A DNA stretch of 64,000 nt from Octopus bimaculoides (GCF_001194135.2 NC_068991.1:54224809-54288808); one strand, 5' to 3'; counted from the first letter of the stretch, positions 49,133 through 62,200 are shown. Translations and numbers: made by a program. Notes: generated by a model from the sequence alone, not told the origin.

Positions 49133-50213
49133 AATATATATATAGCAAAATAATTGAGATTCAGATGAATTAAGTACTTAAGTTGAGACACCAAAAATTA
49201 GTGCGGTAATATCCGTAGTTTCAAAATAAAGTGAACAATAATGAGTTATTTCCCTTTGCCATTGGCTATTGACTTCTGGCTACGTCGCTATCTTGCGGGT
49301 TCTAAAATGTTAGCAGGAATTTCCTAAAATGTAAACATGGCNNNNNNNNNNNNNNNNNNNNNNNNNNNNNNNNNNNNNNNNNNNNNNNNNNNNNNNNNNN
49401 NNNNNNNNNNNNNNNNNNNNNNNNNNNNNNNNNNNNNNNNNNNNNNNNNNNNNNNNNNNNNNNNNNNNNNNNNNNNNNNNNNNNNNNNNNNNNNNNNNNN
49501 NNNNNNNNNNNNNNNNNNNNNNNNNNNNNNNNNNNNNNNNNNNNNNNNNNNNNNNNNNNNNNNNNNNNNNNNNNNNNNNNNNNNNNNNNNNNNNNNNNNN
49601 NNNNNNNNNNNNNNNNNNNNNNNNNNNNNNNNNNNNNNNNNNNNNNNNNNNNNNNNNNNNNNNNNNNNNNNNNNNNNNNNNNNNNNNNNNNNNNNNNNNN
49701 NNNNNNNNNNNNNNNNNNNNNNNNNNNNNNNNNNNNNNNNNNNNNNNNNNNNNNNNNNNNNNNNNNNNNNNNNNNNNNNNNNNNNNNNNNNNNNNNNNNN
49801 NNNNNNNNNNNNNNNNNNNNNNNNNNNNNNNNNNNNNNNNNNNNNNNNNNNNNNNNNNNNNNNNNNNNNNNNNNNNNNNNNNNNNNNNNNNNNNNNNNNN
49901 NNNNNNNNNNNNNNNNNNNNNNNNNNNNNNNNNNNNNNNNNNNNNNNNNNNNNNNNNNNNNNNNNNNNNNNNNNNNNNNNNNNNNNNNNNNNNNNNNNNN
50001 NNNNNNNNNNNNNNNNNNNNNNNNNNNNNNNNNNNNNNNNNNNNNNNNNNNNNNNNNNNNNNNNNNNNNNNNNNNNNNNNNNNNNNNNNNNNNNNNNNNN
50101 NNNNNNNNNNNNNNNNNNNNNNNNNNNNNNNNNNNNNNNNNNNNNNNNNNNNNNNNNNNNNNNNNNNNNNNNNNNNNNNNNNNNNNNNNNNNNNNNNNNN
50201 NNNNNNNNNNNNN

Positions 50214-50280
50214 AGGGTTAGGGTTAAGGTTACGGTTACGGTTAACAGTCTAGTTAGGGTTAGTGTTAGGGTTAGGGGAT
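50214..50280 (+). repeat. Degenerate (TTAGGG)n-like interstitial repeat
   Basis: agggttagggttaaggttacggttacggtt...ttagggttagtgttagggttagggg. Confidence 0.8.
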
Positions 50281-51022
50281 TAATACGATATACACCGTTA
50301 CAGCGCTAACTGTTTTCAACTGAATAGACGTCAGTGATTAGTAGAAATTATCGAAATAAGACAATTTTTTACATGAAATAAATTCGAATACAAAAATATT
50401 TTTCTGTTCTATAACACAAAATAGATAAGTATACGAAGTTTGAAAGTCTTTCCGTACCAAAAACACTACATAAAACATAAATGAAAACTGGCGCCCCCGT
50501 TTTAAAATAGATCCGGCGTCGGTAATGCTATCGCTACTGCCGGTTATGGAGAAGGCGCTGTTGTTGTTAATAATGTTATTGTTGTTGTTATTACAATTAT
50601 TATTGCGGTCTTCGCCAATGGTGGGGGAACTGCTACTGCTGCTAGGGGTGTCATTAGCCGTGGTTATGCCGGTGCTTCTGCTAGGGCCGCTCTCACTGCT
50701 GCTACCGTTGTTGCCGTTATAACTGATGATGGCACTGGACCTGTTTCTACTGCTACTATAGGGGCCGTCAGATCTGCTACTGCGGACGTCAGGGAAGCTA
50801 ATTAGTAAGGCTGGTATTGATGGCGATGTTGTTGTTATAGTTGCTACTGATGCTGACGTTGGGGTACCAAAGTTGTCGTCAGTGTTGTTATTGCTAACGT
50901 TGTCCACTGCTGCGATGGTGGCGGTGTTGTTGGTTCTATTCTCGTATCCACGGCTGCTATTGTTTCTACCGGTGGTCAGCTTTGATAGATGACTCCTTTG
51001 ATAGATGACACTCGCAGAGAGC

Positions 51023-51505
<483 letters not shown>

Positions 51506-52249
51506 GTACCGGGGTCGATTCATTTCTCTAAAATTCTTCAAGGCGGTGCTCCAGCATGGCTACAATCTAATGACTGAAACAACTGAAAGATAAACGATAA
51601 AAGAAATATATATTTGTATGAAAGAGGAATGAAGGTCAAATAAACTGTAAAACCCATCAATGTAATTTCCTTTATAGTTGATGGCATCTCATGAAAATTT
51701 AATTTCAAAACGATTCTAGCTATGCACGCCAACATAGACATATATATTTATATCTATATATCCTTATATGGCTCTACATATCAAAAGCTCTTTGACATTG
51801 TTACACAAAAAGCCAAACTTCTGCATCACGTTCTGAGTTACATGTCGGAAACCAAAATGGCGAAACAAGATTAATATTGATTTTCCTTTTTTTTTTTTTT
51901 TTTCGGCACTCAATAATTTGTAGTAATATTATACTTTCCTATTGTAGTGTTCCGTATTTGCAGTACGCTATCATGGTTTGTCTATCTATTCTCAATTGTC
52001 TGTGCCATATTTCTATGCTATCGTTTGGCTCAATGAAAATCTTATTGTTTTTTGCAATCGATCAATTTCAGTTAAAAGTGTGTTTCATATATTTATTATA
52101 TCGTTCTAAAGTGATTTTTATTCAATAGATAATCCACAGTTTTGGTGTCACACAACTCTGATTCTGCTACATGCAAAATATAAGAGGAATTTTGAGTGTT
52201 TTAGTGGCTGGAGTCGTATTGAATGAAAGGAAGGACTCCACTGCTTGAT

Positions 52250-52615
52250 AATCAACAAGATGAAGACAGCGTGCTGGCAGGATTGTTAATGCGTCAGACA
52301 AAATGCTCTTTCTTCTGGCTCTTTGTATTTTGAGTTCACCTCCTTTCATTCCTTCAGGGTCAACAAACTAAAGTACCGGTTAAGTAGTGAAGTCGGTGCA
52401 ATCGACTTGTCCTCTCGCCTCAAATTGCTGGCCTTGGGCCTTGCACGTATCGGGGGAAATGTGATCTCAGTCACTTATATTGGGCAAGTGTCTTCTATTA
52501 TAGCTTTGGGCCGACCGAAGCTTTGTGTGTGTGTGTGTGTGTGTGTGTGAGANNNNNNNNNNNNNNNNNNNNNNNNNNNNNNNNNNNNNNNNNNNNNNNN
52601 NNNNNNNNNNNNNNN

Positions 52616-52669
<54 letters not shown>

Positions 52670-52880
52670 ACTGTGTTTGTCTCCCACCACCGTTTGACAA
52701 CCGGTGCTGGTGTGTTTACATCCTCGTAACATAGCGGTTCGGCAAAAGAGACCGATAGAATTAGTACCAGACTTTAAAAATAAGTACTGGCGTCGATTCT
52801 CCAAGAAAAATTCTCTGTGACGGTGTCCCAGCATGGTCGCGGTCTAATGACTGAAACAAGAAAAAGATAAAAGATAAAAT
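52250..52880 (+). mobile_element. SINE family C (52250-52440) joined to a 5'-truncated family B SINE (52445-52880)
   Basis: Family C consensus runs directly into the family B body (ttgggcaagtgtcttctattatagc), (GT)n and tail. Confidence 0.7.
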
Positions 52881-53146
52881 AAAAATCGATGACATACCAA
52901 CATAATTATTGGTTATTGAACTGATTGTATTGCTAATCTTGATTTTTTTTTTTCGTTTTTGACAATTGTACATTGTGAAAATCGAAGGTGTTTTACAAAA
53001 ATATTGTTTTTGATGATAATGTTTGAATATTGTATTTTATTGATTTGTCAGTGGAAAAGAGGTGAATGAGTTAAACATTTTAAGTTTTAATAAGCATCTG
53101 ATGAAAGCAGAAAGAATGGAGATTTTTTTCTTTTTACTATCAGAGG

Positions 53147-53332
53147 AACCAGGTTTGAAATTTGGAAGGAGGCACTAGTTGTTTACATTGCCCCATTGCT
53201 CTACTGGTACTTATTTTATCGATCCCGAAAGAGTGAAATGTGAAGTCAAGTTCGATGGAATATGAATGTAAAGCAGGAAGAAATATTCTGAAATATTTTT
53301 TCCGGCGTGCTAACGATTCTGTCAGTTCGCTG
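53147..53332 (-). mobile_element. SINE family C
   Basis: Family C consensus. Confidence 0.7.
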
Positions 53333-53912
53333 CCTAGAAACCAGCGACAAATGAAAATAGTAAATATAATTCCTTCAAGGATTATTGGTCTGTATAAAGA
53401 ACTTACATATTGGATTGTTGTTTTTGTTCTTGTAAAAATAAAGATAAAGGTGCTAGATTTAAGTTCAGGTAATTCACCATCCCTTTTACTTACTATACCA
53501 AAATAATTTTACCTAGTCTCGGTTTTCCATACATTCTATGTATAAAGAGAAAATTTTGTATGTATAGTTTGAATCGTTGGTGCAACTATGATATTCTGGT
53601 GATCTGATTAGCTAGCTTTCTTTATTTGCATTGATTTGCGATTATACAATTGTATTGAACAATGCATACCATGCATAATAATGCAGACATGTAAACAATT
53701 TATTATACACTGAAATTATTATTACACGAAGAAGGCTGCGAAACTGCCGTAGCCCTAAGCATGTCAAATGATTAAATAAATATATTCACTTCTCATACCT
53801 CCTGGCTTTTTATGGTCATATCCACCCCTAGGGGTCAGCCACACTTAAGTGGCAATACACTTCACTTTATCGTGCAGTTACTGTTAATACTTCATTTAGA
53901 GAATTAACATTG

Positions 53913-53949
<37 letters not shown>

Positions 53950-53964
53950 TATATAACTGAATTA

Positions 53965-54152
53965 ATGTTTCTAATTTTAGCACAAGACTGGCAATTCTGA
54001 GGACAGGGAGAAGTCGATTAGTGCTCATCTTCGACTGCTACTTCATTTTATCGACCCCGAAAGGATGAAAGGTAAAGTCGACCATGACCAAGTCGGAAAA
54101 AATGCCCCTAATTATTTGATCCGAGTACTAACGATTCCTCTAGCTCGCCGCC
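53965..54152 (-). mobile_element. SINE family C
   Basis: Family C consensus. Confidence 0.7.
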
Positions 54153-54305
54153 TTATCGTTATTAGAGTGGTGAACTGGCAGAATGATTTAAATCTATCAA
54201 TGAAATACAACGAACACAAAAATAATGCTTCAATTGTTTTTATAAGTTGAAGCATTTCTTACAGTTTTTATTTTTTGTTTTAATATTAGCAATAATTGAC
54301 AAACA

Positions 54306-54311
54306 TTTATT
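54306..54311 (-). terminator. Candidate polyadenylation signal AATAAA of the TPPP-like gene
   Basis: tttatt on + strand, about 160 nt downstream of the TAG stop on the - strand. The hexamer is common in AT-rich DNA. Confidence 0.4.
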
Positions 54312-54472
54312 GTATGGACGTTCATGTTAGAAACATCCACCTTTAAACTTGTATTTTTCTATATTTTTCCTTCCTTGATAGATTCATCAAGCTTTGAAAT
54401 GTAGAAAATATCAGCGATATAGACCCCAGAAAACAACCTCAATAAGCACTAAAGCTATAGATCTTCAAATAG

Positions 54473-54970
54473 CTAAAATTTCTTGACATGTGTTTTTTCC
54501 TCTTTAGAGCCTTTCACATGACCAGTGTGTTCTGACATATCTTTGTGGTGACTTATTACCTTTCTCTGTTTTATAAAATGCACGTTGGAAGTTTTCGTAT
54601 CATCAGTTTTTGATACCTTTATCTCTTTTACGATTGGCTTCCCATTTAGAAGGCCATGAGTAAATTCTTGGTAATATTTGTCAACCTGCGGGTCCCCTTC
54701 ATGCAGTCTGGGATTTTTACTCTTCTTTTTAGCATATTCATAAGCACAACCGTGAATAAAATGTCGGAAGTTATTAATAAGGAAATAGGGCTTATTTCTC
54801 TCTTTATATATTGGGAATATACAAGCATCTGCGATTTTTACAACTCCTTTCGGTAGACACTCTTTCACCATTTTTTCACAAGTTTTAGAATTCATTCGTG
54901 TTTCTTCTACAGGGTTCTTTGCACCTGCAAGTTTAGTGAACGCTTGAAAAACATCATCCAAATTCGCCAT
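54473..54970 (-). CDS. TPPP: Divergent TPPP/p25-alpha family (tubulin polymerization-promoting) protein, 165 aa, intronless ORF
   Basis: LDDVFQAF..., RMNSKTCEKMVKEC, IF, F..FI..CA, L.NGKP and DMSEHTG occur in the same order as the p25-alpha blocks (MnsknF.KlcKDC; D..F.K.K; F..aL..lA; l.gk.P; ltDtskyTG). aaaATGG start; AATAAA about 160 nt past the stop. Confidence 0.72.
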   Translation of the reverse strand: MANLDDVFQAFTKLAGAKNPVEETRMNSKTCEKMVKECLPKGVVKIADACIFPIYKERNKPYFLINNFRHFIHGCAYEYAKKKSKNPRLHEGDPQVDKYYQEFTHGLLNGKPIVKEIKVSKTDDTKTSNVHFIKQRKVISHHKDMSEHTGHVKGSKEEKTHVKKF

Positions 54971-56177
54971 TTTAAGGGATCCGGATGTGAAGTTCCGAAA
55001 GTTACAGTGGTCTGTATCGTTACGCTGACTTTTTGTTTTTGTTCTGCAATTGAGAACGATGCTTGTCTTTTAAAACAAGCAAATGGCTTCTATTGATGAC
55101 GTATGCATCACGATAATATGCCTGACCAATATTTTTCAAGCACATTTTCGTTTTCATCATCAAAAATGTCTCGATGTCATAATATAAATAAACCGTCTCC
55201 ATTTCAAAATGAATAAATAAAATAAAATTGGACTCAAATTAATTATACAATTGCAAAAAAATTAAATTTAAAAATAAAAAACAAGAACACTCCCACCGAA
55301 CGTTTTCTTTAGAACATTATGCTAATTTATCTAATCATCGATTCAGCCTGAAAGTGTCTCTGATGTCGTTATTTGAGCAAATCAATTCGTGTATACGAAT
55401 GGCAACATCTTTAGATCTTAAAATGGCGATCAAGTTTTTCCACGACAGTTACTTTGAGACTGAAGAAAATTTCAGATGGCGGTGCCACAGCATGACCACT
55501 GCTCCCGAGATGAAGTTAGCAAAAGAGTAGAAAGGTATATGTGCATAGCAGCAAAAAGAGTGGGATTGCTAGAAACCCAGTAGGACTAAAAACAAGACCA
55601 GTCAAACAAAAGAGCGGATAAACCTAGTGAAGGAGTAACGACTATCAAGTTATAGCACAGAAACATCAGAAATTCGGGGTTGGTGTTTAGCGTGCTGGAA
55701 GACCAATGGGAGTGAGAAGTTCTTAGCTTTTGTTGAAGCGTGTCCCTAGGAGACAGTCACTCTGATATAAAATGGGATATACATGGAATGGCCATTGGAC
55801 ATTATGGGGACCTTTTTCTTACGTTCGAGATCAGGCGCTCCAACATTCTTGAATCTGTATCCCATATTAGAACTGGATATTTTGCCCTTTTTTTAGTTTC
55901 TGGATCATGTCAGTTGAGTGGAAAAGATCTGGAAAGAGTTGTGCAAGACTTATTGGACCTAAAAATTTACGCTGCGCAATCGCCGGCGAGGTAACTTTCC
56001 GGTTGAATGGGGATTAGGTGGCGAGGGGCGCTGGTGTAAGCATCGGAGCTGCGGGCGCAAGCCTGGGTGAAGCGGATCGCGAGTGCAAGAAACTCATGCA
56101 CTCATGCATTCATACACAGCTGACATTTCTCATGCGCAAAGGCCAGTGCTGGTCTTCTTCAGTCACGGGTGGACAAC

Positions 56178-56260
56178 CATGTATGTATGTATGTATGTAT
56201 TATGTATGTATGTATGTATGTATGTATGTATGTATGTATGTATGTATGTATGTATGCAAG

Positions 56261-56288
<28 letters not shown>
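56178..56288 (+). repeat. (GTAT)n microsatellite
   Basis: Direct reading. Confidence 0.95.
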
Positions 56289-56291
<3 letters not shown>

Positions 56292-56639
56292 TTATTCAGT
56301 TTATTTCAAGATTTATTGCCAATAGAGAAAGAGCCGGTTTCTAATCCAGATCCAAGGTTCCTTCATTGGAATTTCAACATCAACAACAGGGTATTTCTGT
56401 ATGTATGTATGTATGTATGTATGTATGTATGTATGTATGAGCTTCCGTCCACAAAAATTCCCTCACAAAGACTTTGTCTGTTTATCAATTAAACTTTTTG
56501 ATATGATCTTTTTCCTTACAGAAATCATTATGTAAATTGACAGCGATTCTCATTAGTTTGTGACGCGTAAGACAGCTTTTCTCAGGGTAAAGTAATGATG
56601 TAGAATCCCTGTGATGAGTAAATAGACGATATTGTTATA

Positions 56640-57020
56640 TATTTAGAAAGTGTACAATTACGAATACAAACGGCCATAATGGGATTCCACCGAAGGATCT
56701 CTGGAGTAACGTTACTCGACAGGATGCGGAGCTCTGAGAACAGGGAGTCTCTCTCCAAGTCAAACCGCCACATCTCCGCATTGAGAGATCACAGGTCTGC
56801 TACTACGGACATCTGATTAGTATCATGAGAAAGAACCAGCCGGTAGGAGACCTAGGTTAAGGCCAAAAATGTGATGGTTGGATAATATCCGTAATCTCAG
56901 TTGGTCACACTTGGGAACCCAGCCGGAAAATCTAATGACAGTTGCTTCTGACTGTAACCTATGGAGGAGGTGCTTGTGGACTTTACCTCCATAACCCTCC
57001 CAGGAATCGTAGGCAGAGAT
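56640..57020 (+). mobile_element. RTE-like LINE 3' fragment
   Basis: RIQTAIMGFHRRISGVTLLDRMRSSENRESL resembles the RTE post-RT motif (EM.FLRR..G.T..DR.Rs..IR..L). Confidence 0.7.
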
Positions 57021-57369
57021 TGATAAATATATATTTAATTTTCCGAACGTAAAATGTTTAAGAAGGGACACAACTCCAACATAAATATTTAAGAATTATT
57101 TCCCTTGATTATTTGCAGATTATTGATTTTGAAAATATTTTTATGGTAATTAGTGAACAATAGCTGTGACTGTCACAAGTTTTCATCGTTGGAAATCATT
57201 GTTTTAAGGTTTTCTTGCTGATGTTTGCCCTATTAAAAGGGTGAATAATAGTTCATACGAGAAGACGGCATTGTCCCACTGAGCCATTGACCACTTCTTA
57301 TAGTTTAGACACCATTTTCTCCGCTTATTAGTGCTAATGGGGGTCAGGAGAGATTACGACCATCCCCTG

Positions 57370-57620
57370 GTACCCAACACTATGGAGCTCACAACGAACA
57401 GCTTTTTTAAACACATGTCTAGCTCTACTGTTACTTTTGCTGCGGGAGTTTGTCGGATTTTAGATACGATACGTTTTACTATTAGGCGATCCTTCTGTGT
57501 GAACTTTGCCGTACATCCAGAATTACGCTCGCTAGAACTGGTTTGACCTTGATTTTGGAAAGCCAACATGATTTTAGAGACTGTAGCGTTTCGAAATATG
57601 AAGCAATTCAGCAGTTTTAG
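57370..57620 (-). pseudogene. Tc1-like transposase HTH fragment
   Basis: FQNQGQTSSSERNSGCTAKFTQKDRLIVKRIVSKIRQTPAAKVTVELDMCLKK. Confidence 0.7.
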
Positions 57621-58551
57621 TGACTAAACATCTAGCCATCTGCGTTCCAACAAATTATCCTCTTTAGAAATCATATAGGTCACGCATTTTAACGCATTTA
57701 AATATAAATAACTGCAAAAACAAAACAAAAACAGGTTATATCATGGAGTATAAAGCATGCATAATGCATATGGACTCATCTATACAGACTAAAATAGTTC
57801 TTCTAAATCTGTCATATTGCCAATAGGAGTAAAATGATTAAATATATTGTGGTGTTTCCATTATTTTGCCAACTCTCTGTATACATACATACATACATAC
57901 ATACATGCAAGTATATGTGTGTATATATAATACAATGTATATAATATTTATGTATGTATGTATGTATGTACGTATGTATGTATGTATGTATGCAAAGGTA
58001 GATGTGTGTGCGCGCGCATGCGCTTGCGCAACAGGAATGAAACATCGATATTTCGATATTGAATGTAACTCAAATAGGCTGTGGCTAAACGTCGAGGTAA
58101 ACCAGTTGTGGACAGCTGTATGGATCCAGTCAATACCACCAAATTCATATAATAAAGATATTACGAATAAAAAGTATAAAAGTTAAAAAATGGAGAACGC
58201 TCTCAATAGTTATAAATTACCCAGCGAAAATGTACAGCGTGCTATTACACATGGCGGAACATATGTAAACAGAAACCGTTTTAAGCTAATTAGATAGATT
58301 CGTTCAAACTGGGCTCCGCGCCAACAGAAGGCCTCGTGCACACGTTCGAACGGAGGACGCCTATGATGGATTTTTACTATATCATTGTGGTTAATGGTGG
58401 AGCCTCAAGCTCTCAACTTTTTTTGGCTGAAACTGGCATACTGCACGAATCAAGAAACACCAATCTTCAGCTTTGCTGAGTAGATGGCCCCACTGACAAT
58501 CCTCTAATTGGGCTCGGCACTTGCTAGCGCCGGCCCTGTAGTTTTTAAAAA

Positions 58552-58908
58552 TTCTTCTTACTTGTTTCACTTATTTTACTGTGGCCATCCATGCTGGAGC
58601 ACCGCCTTGACGCCAGGACTTATTTCTTAAGCCTAGTACTTATTCTATAAGTTTCTTTTACCGAACCGCTAAGTTACGCAGACGTAAACACACCAAAACC
58701 AGTTGTCAAGCGGTGATGGTGGGGGGAAAATACACACACACACACACATATGACGAGATTCTTTCAGTTTCCGTCTGCCAAATCCACTCACAAGGCTTTG
58801 GTCGGTCCGAAGCTATAGTAGAACACATTTGCCTAAGGTGCCACGAAGTGGAACTGAACTTCGAAGCATGTGGCTGGAAAGCAAGCTTCTTACCACACAG
58901 CCACACCT
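58552..58908 (-). mobile_element. SINE family B, full length
   Basis: Family B consensus with internal (CA)n. Confidence 0.85.
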
Positions 58909-59053
58909 ATAAACATTCATTACATTAAAAAGCATTAATAAATAATATTACTTTAAAATATTACTTAAATAACAACGCAATTTCATGAGGAATGTTATTC
59001 GAGTAACCTCGCAACCATGAGCGAAGTTTAAAACGTTTGTAATATTGTCATGT

Positions 59054-59440
59054 GTGGAGGCGCAATGGCCCAGTGGTTAGGGCAGCGAACTCGCGGTCAT
59101 AGAGTCGTGGTTTCGATTCCCAGACCGGGCGTTGTGAGTGTTTATTGAGCGAAAACACCTAAAGCTCCACGAGGCTCCGGCAGGGGATGGTGGTGAACCC
59201 TGCTGTACTCTTTCATCACAACTTTCTCTCACTCTTACTTCCTGTCTCTGTTGTGTCTGTAATTCAAAGGGCCAGCCTTGTCACACTGTGTCACGCTGGA
59301 TATCCCCGAGAACTACGTTAAAGGTACACGTGTCTGTGGAGTGCTCAGCCACTTGCACGTTAATTTCACGAGCAGGCTGTTCCGTTGATCGGATCAACTG
59401 GAACCCTCGACGTCGTAAGCGACGGAGTGCCAACAACAAC
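59054..59440 (+). mobile_element. SINE family A, full length
   Basis: Same sequence as 746-1127, with (CAA)n tail and degenerate 13-bp TSD aatattgtcatgt/aatattgccacgt. Confidence 0.9.
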
Positions 59441-60174
59441 AATATTGCCACGTGGATCAGAAATTAAATGAAAATTAAATGAAAAACGTGAACTTGAATC
59501 AGACGTTTTATACATGTCACCCGCAATTTTTTTTTCTTTTTGAACACAAACATGAGCATTTTCTTTATAACTTCCATGCGATATTTCGAAAATATATTCA
59601 AACAGTAGATGCTTCAAGGAAAAAGCAGGATCAGAGAAGCAGCTGAATGATTAGAAATGTCAAACTGAAAGTACTGGAATTAGGAGCCTTTTAATTACGA
59701 TGAATTAAAGAATACTCAATATTTAAGTTCTATGATATATTTAGTTGTACAATTTATCGCTTCTGGTGAACCAACAGAGTTACAAACACACACACGTACG
59801 CACGCGCGCACACACATACACACACACGCACACACGCACACACACACACACACACACACNNNNNNNNNNNNNNNNNNNNNNNNNNNNNNNNNNNNNNNNN
59901 NNNNNNNNNNNNNNNNNNNNNNNNNNNNNNNNNNNNNNNNNNNNNNNNNNNNNNNNNNNNNNNNNNNNNNNNNNNNNNNNNNNNNNNNNNNNNNNNNNNN
60001 NNNNNNNNNNNNNNNNNNNNNNNNNNNNNNNNNNNNNNNNNNNNNNNNNNNNNNNNNNNNNNNNNNNNNNNNNNNNNNNNNNNNNNNNNNNNNNNNNNNN
60101 NNNNNNNNNNNNNNNNNNNNNNNNNNNNNNNNNNNNNNNNNNNNNNNNNNNNNNNNNNNNNNNNNNNNNNNNNN

Positions 60175-61002
60175 GTGAGTGCATAGTGAAAAGTAATTTT
60201 TGTTTTTAATTGAACTTTGTTAAATCACCTGTCACTTAACACATGCGCATCCCAAACTTGCCGTTCACTTTAGAAAGAAACCAGTTTCCTGTTTGCCTGT
60301 CATATGCAATGACTATCAATAAATCACAAAGGCAGATATTTGATAAAGTGGGGCTGTTCTTGCCTGAACCTGTATTCAGCCATGGTCAGCTATATGTTGC
60401 ATTCTCAAGGGCTCGCAAATTATCTGAAGTGAGAGTTAACGCCAAGAAACAAGGGAAAAGAAGAGAGAGAACTTACATGAAGAGCATAGTCTGCAAAGAA
60501 GTATTGGATTGAAAGGTGCACGCAAATTGAAATGTGTGTTGGCTCTGACCCATCGCCTTGGCTTATAAGTTACCAACGATGTGGTTTTCATGTTGCATTA
60601 AATTTTTACCCCCGTGAAACTGTGACCTCTATATTTTACATACCAAACAACTTTTTTTTACTATAAAATTTTTGTTTCCAAGATAAGAAATTGTTGACTA
60701 TGTAAATTTTAAAATATAATTTTTTCTGTTTATGGGAAAAAATGGAAAAAATAAGATTGAATATTTATTTTATGAGTGCTGTGTATTAAGTCGATAAAAT
60801 TGTGCATAATGTATATATATAAAGTGCCTTAGTAATCATTGTATTTCAATTTCTTTCACTTTTCAATTAATAGCAGATGAGCGACTTATCTTTTGATACA
60901 GACACAACACAAGCTATCCTTTCAGGTTTTTTGGATAAAGTTTTTAGGAATAATCCAATAGGTTTACTATTAATTCCGTGAAAAATTCACGGGTCCCGCT
61001 AG
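60175..61002 (+). mobile_element. Helitron 3' fragment: PIF1-like helicase C-terminus plus canonical terminus
   Basis: [18 protein letters not shown]...[21 protein letters not shown] (60243-60512). Hairpin ccgtgaa-aaa-ttcacgg at 60976-60992, then CTAG (60999-61002) followed by T. Confidence 0.9.
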
Positions 61003-61689
61003 TTACTTAATACTTTTGGTAAACAATAAGTTCATTATTCATTCGCAAGAATAGTATTCACTGTGACTTCGAAGTTTCGGCCAGCTAAGCCATTCTATAT
61101 GGTATTAAAAGAAGCGTGAAGCTAAAGTAAATCGTAAAAGCTCAAGAAAGCTGCTCTGTAATGCCGGCAGTATTTCGAAAATATTTCATTGCTAAACAGT
61201 TCAATTTTTCCGAGCCAACAAATATATTTGCGTATTTATTTAGCATTTGGTACCCAGATACTGTATTTTTTTTTCATAAAAGCTATATCTTTCAATCTTT
61301 ACTAGAATTATTTCTTGTTCTAATCTAATCTGAAAAACAAATGGGGAAATCTGATAACCGACTGATATCATATTTTCCTCTTCATTGCGTGACTGTTTCA
61401 CATCTTTTAACCTTTTAGTTTTCCATGTATTAAACAGTGAAATCACGTTGTCTAGTGGTTTGAGAATCGAGCTTACAATCAATATGTCATCACTTTGATT
61501 CTCGGATCGAGTGGCGCGTTGTATATTTGAACAAAGCATTTCATTTCATTTTATGGTGCACCAAACCATTGGTTTGAAAATATGTACCAGCAATTAATGG
61601 AGAATAACCGTATGATGGACTGGCATCTCGTTCAGGAGACAGTAACAATATAAAATTATAACAATGAATAATTTCCCAAAACAAGGAGA

Positions 61690-62200
61690 CTTCCTAGTGC
61701 CGCTCGTGAAAACCCTCACAAAACCACGGTTGTCTTGACCGTTTAGGTAAGTGTCCTCTCCGCATTATTTTCCTTCAATTTGCAGGAGCATGCTTAGCGT
61801 AAACCTATTTACACGGACCATTCTTGCAACATACACTCACTTTCTAACAAAATTGCTGGGAGGCAGCCCTTCCCTCTCGGCCAGCAGCGAGATGATCTTC
61901 ACAATGGACTCAGCAGATAGCCGGATCCGTCCTATGCGCAACGGCAGGTGTTGGTGGTGGGGACGGTGATGGCGGTCATCCCTGCGTCATTTTTAGATAT
62001 ATCTTGCACATCGCTGCTGCTTCTGTTGGTTGTGGTTATTGTTGCTGCTACTGCTAATGCTGCTTCCTGTGCATCGTTTTTCGACCACATCAACTAGCGG
62101 CAAGAAAACAATGCCATAGCAGCCATTCGAACAGCCATTGCTTCCCTCGATTTGGGGGGGAGGGCCATATTGATATTTTTGTTTTGAAATAGGAAATTCT
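61690..62200 (-). mobile_element. Degraded retroelement ORF1-like low-complexity relic
   Basis: GC-richer, Ala/Thr/Gln low-complexity frames similar in character to 3050-4230. No intact ORF. Confidence 0.25.

Larger units (their letters stand above)
48503..50514. mobile_element. Non-autonomous DNA transposon with 28-bp perfect TIRs and 8-bp TSD (Merlin-like termini)
   Basis: TIR GGATCTATTTTAAAACGGGGGCGCCAGT at 48503-48530 and its reverse complement at 50487-50514. TSD ggcgtcgg at 48495-48502 and 50515-50522. The interior holds a SINE, a gap and TTAGGG-like repeats. Confidence 0.85.

Noticed and set aside
47783-49341. ~190-bp direct repeat (47783-47970 and 49150-49341)
   Set aside because: Both copies abut N-gaps, so a scaffolding duplication is likely; it cannot be interpreted without long reads.
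55740-56160. Possible LINE endonuclease N-terminus or small ORFs upstream of TPPP
   Set aside because: Similarity too weak to assign; no splice or start support.
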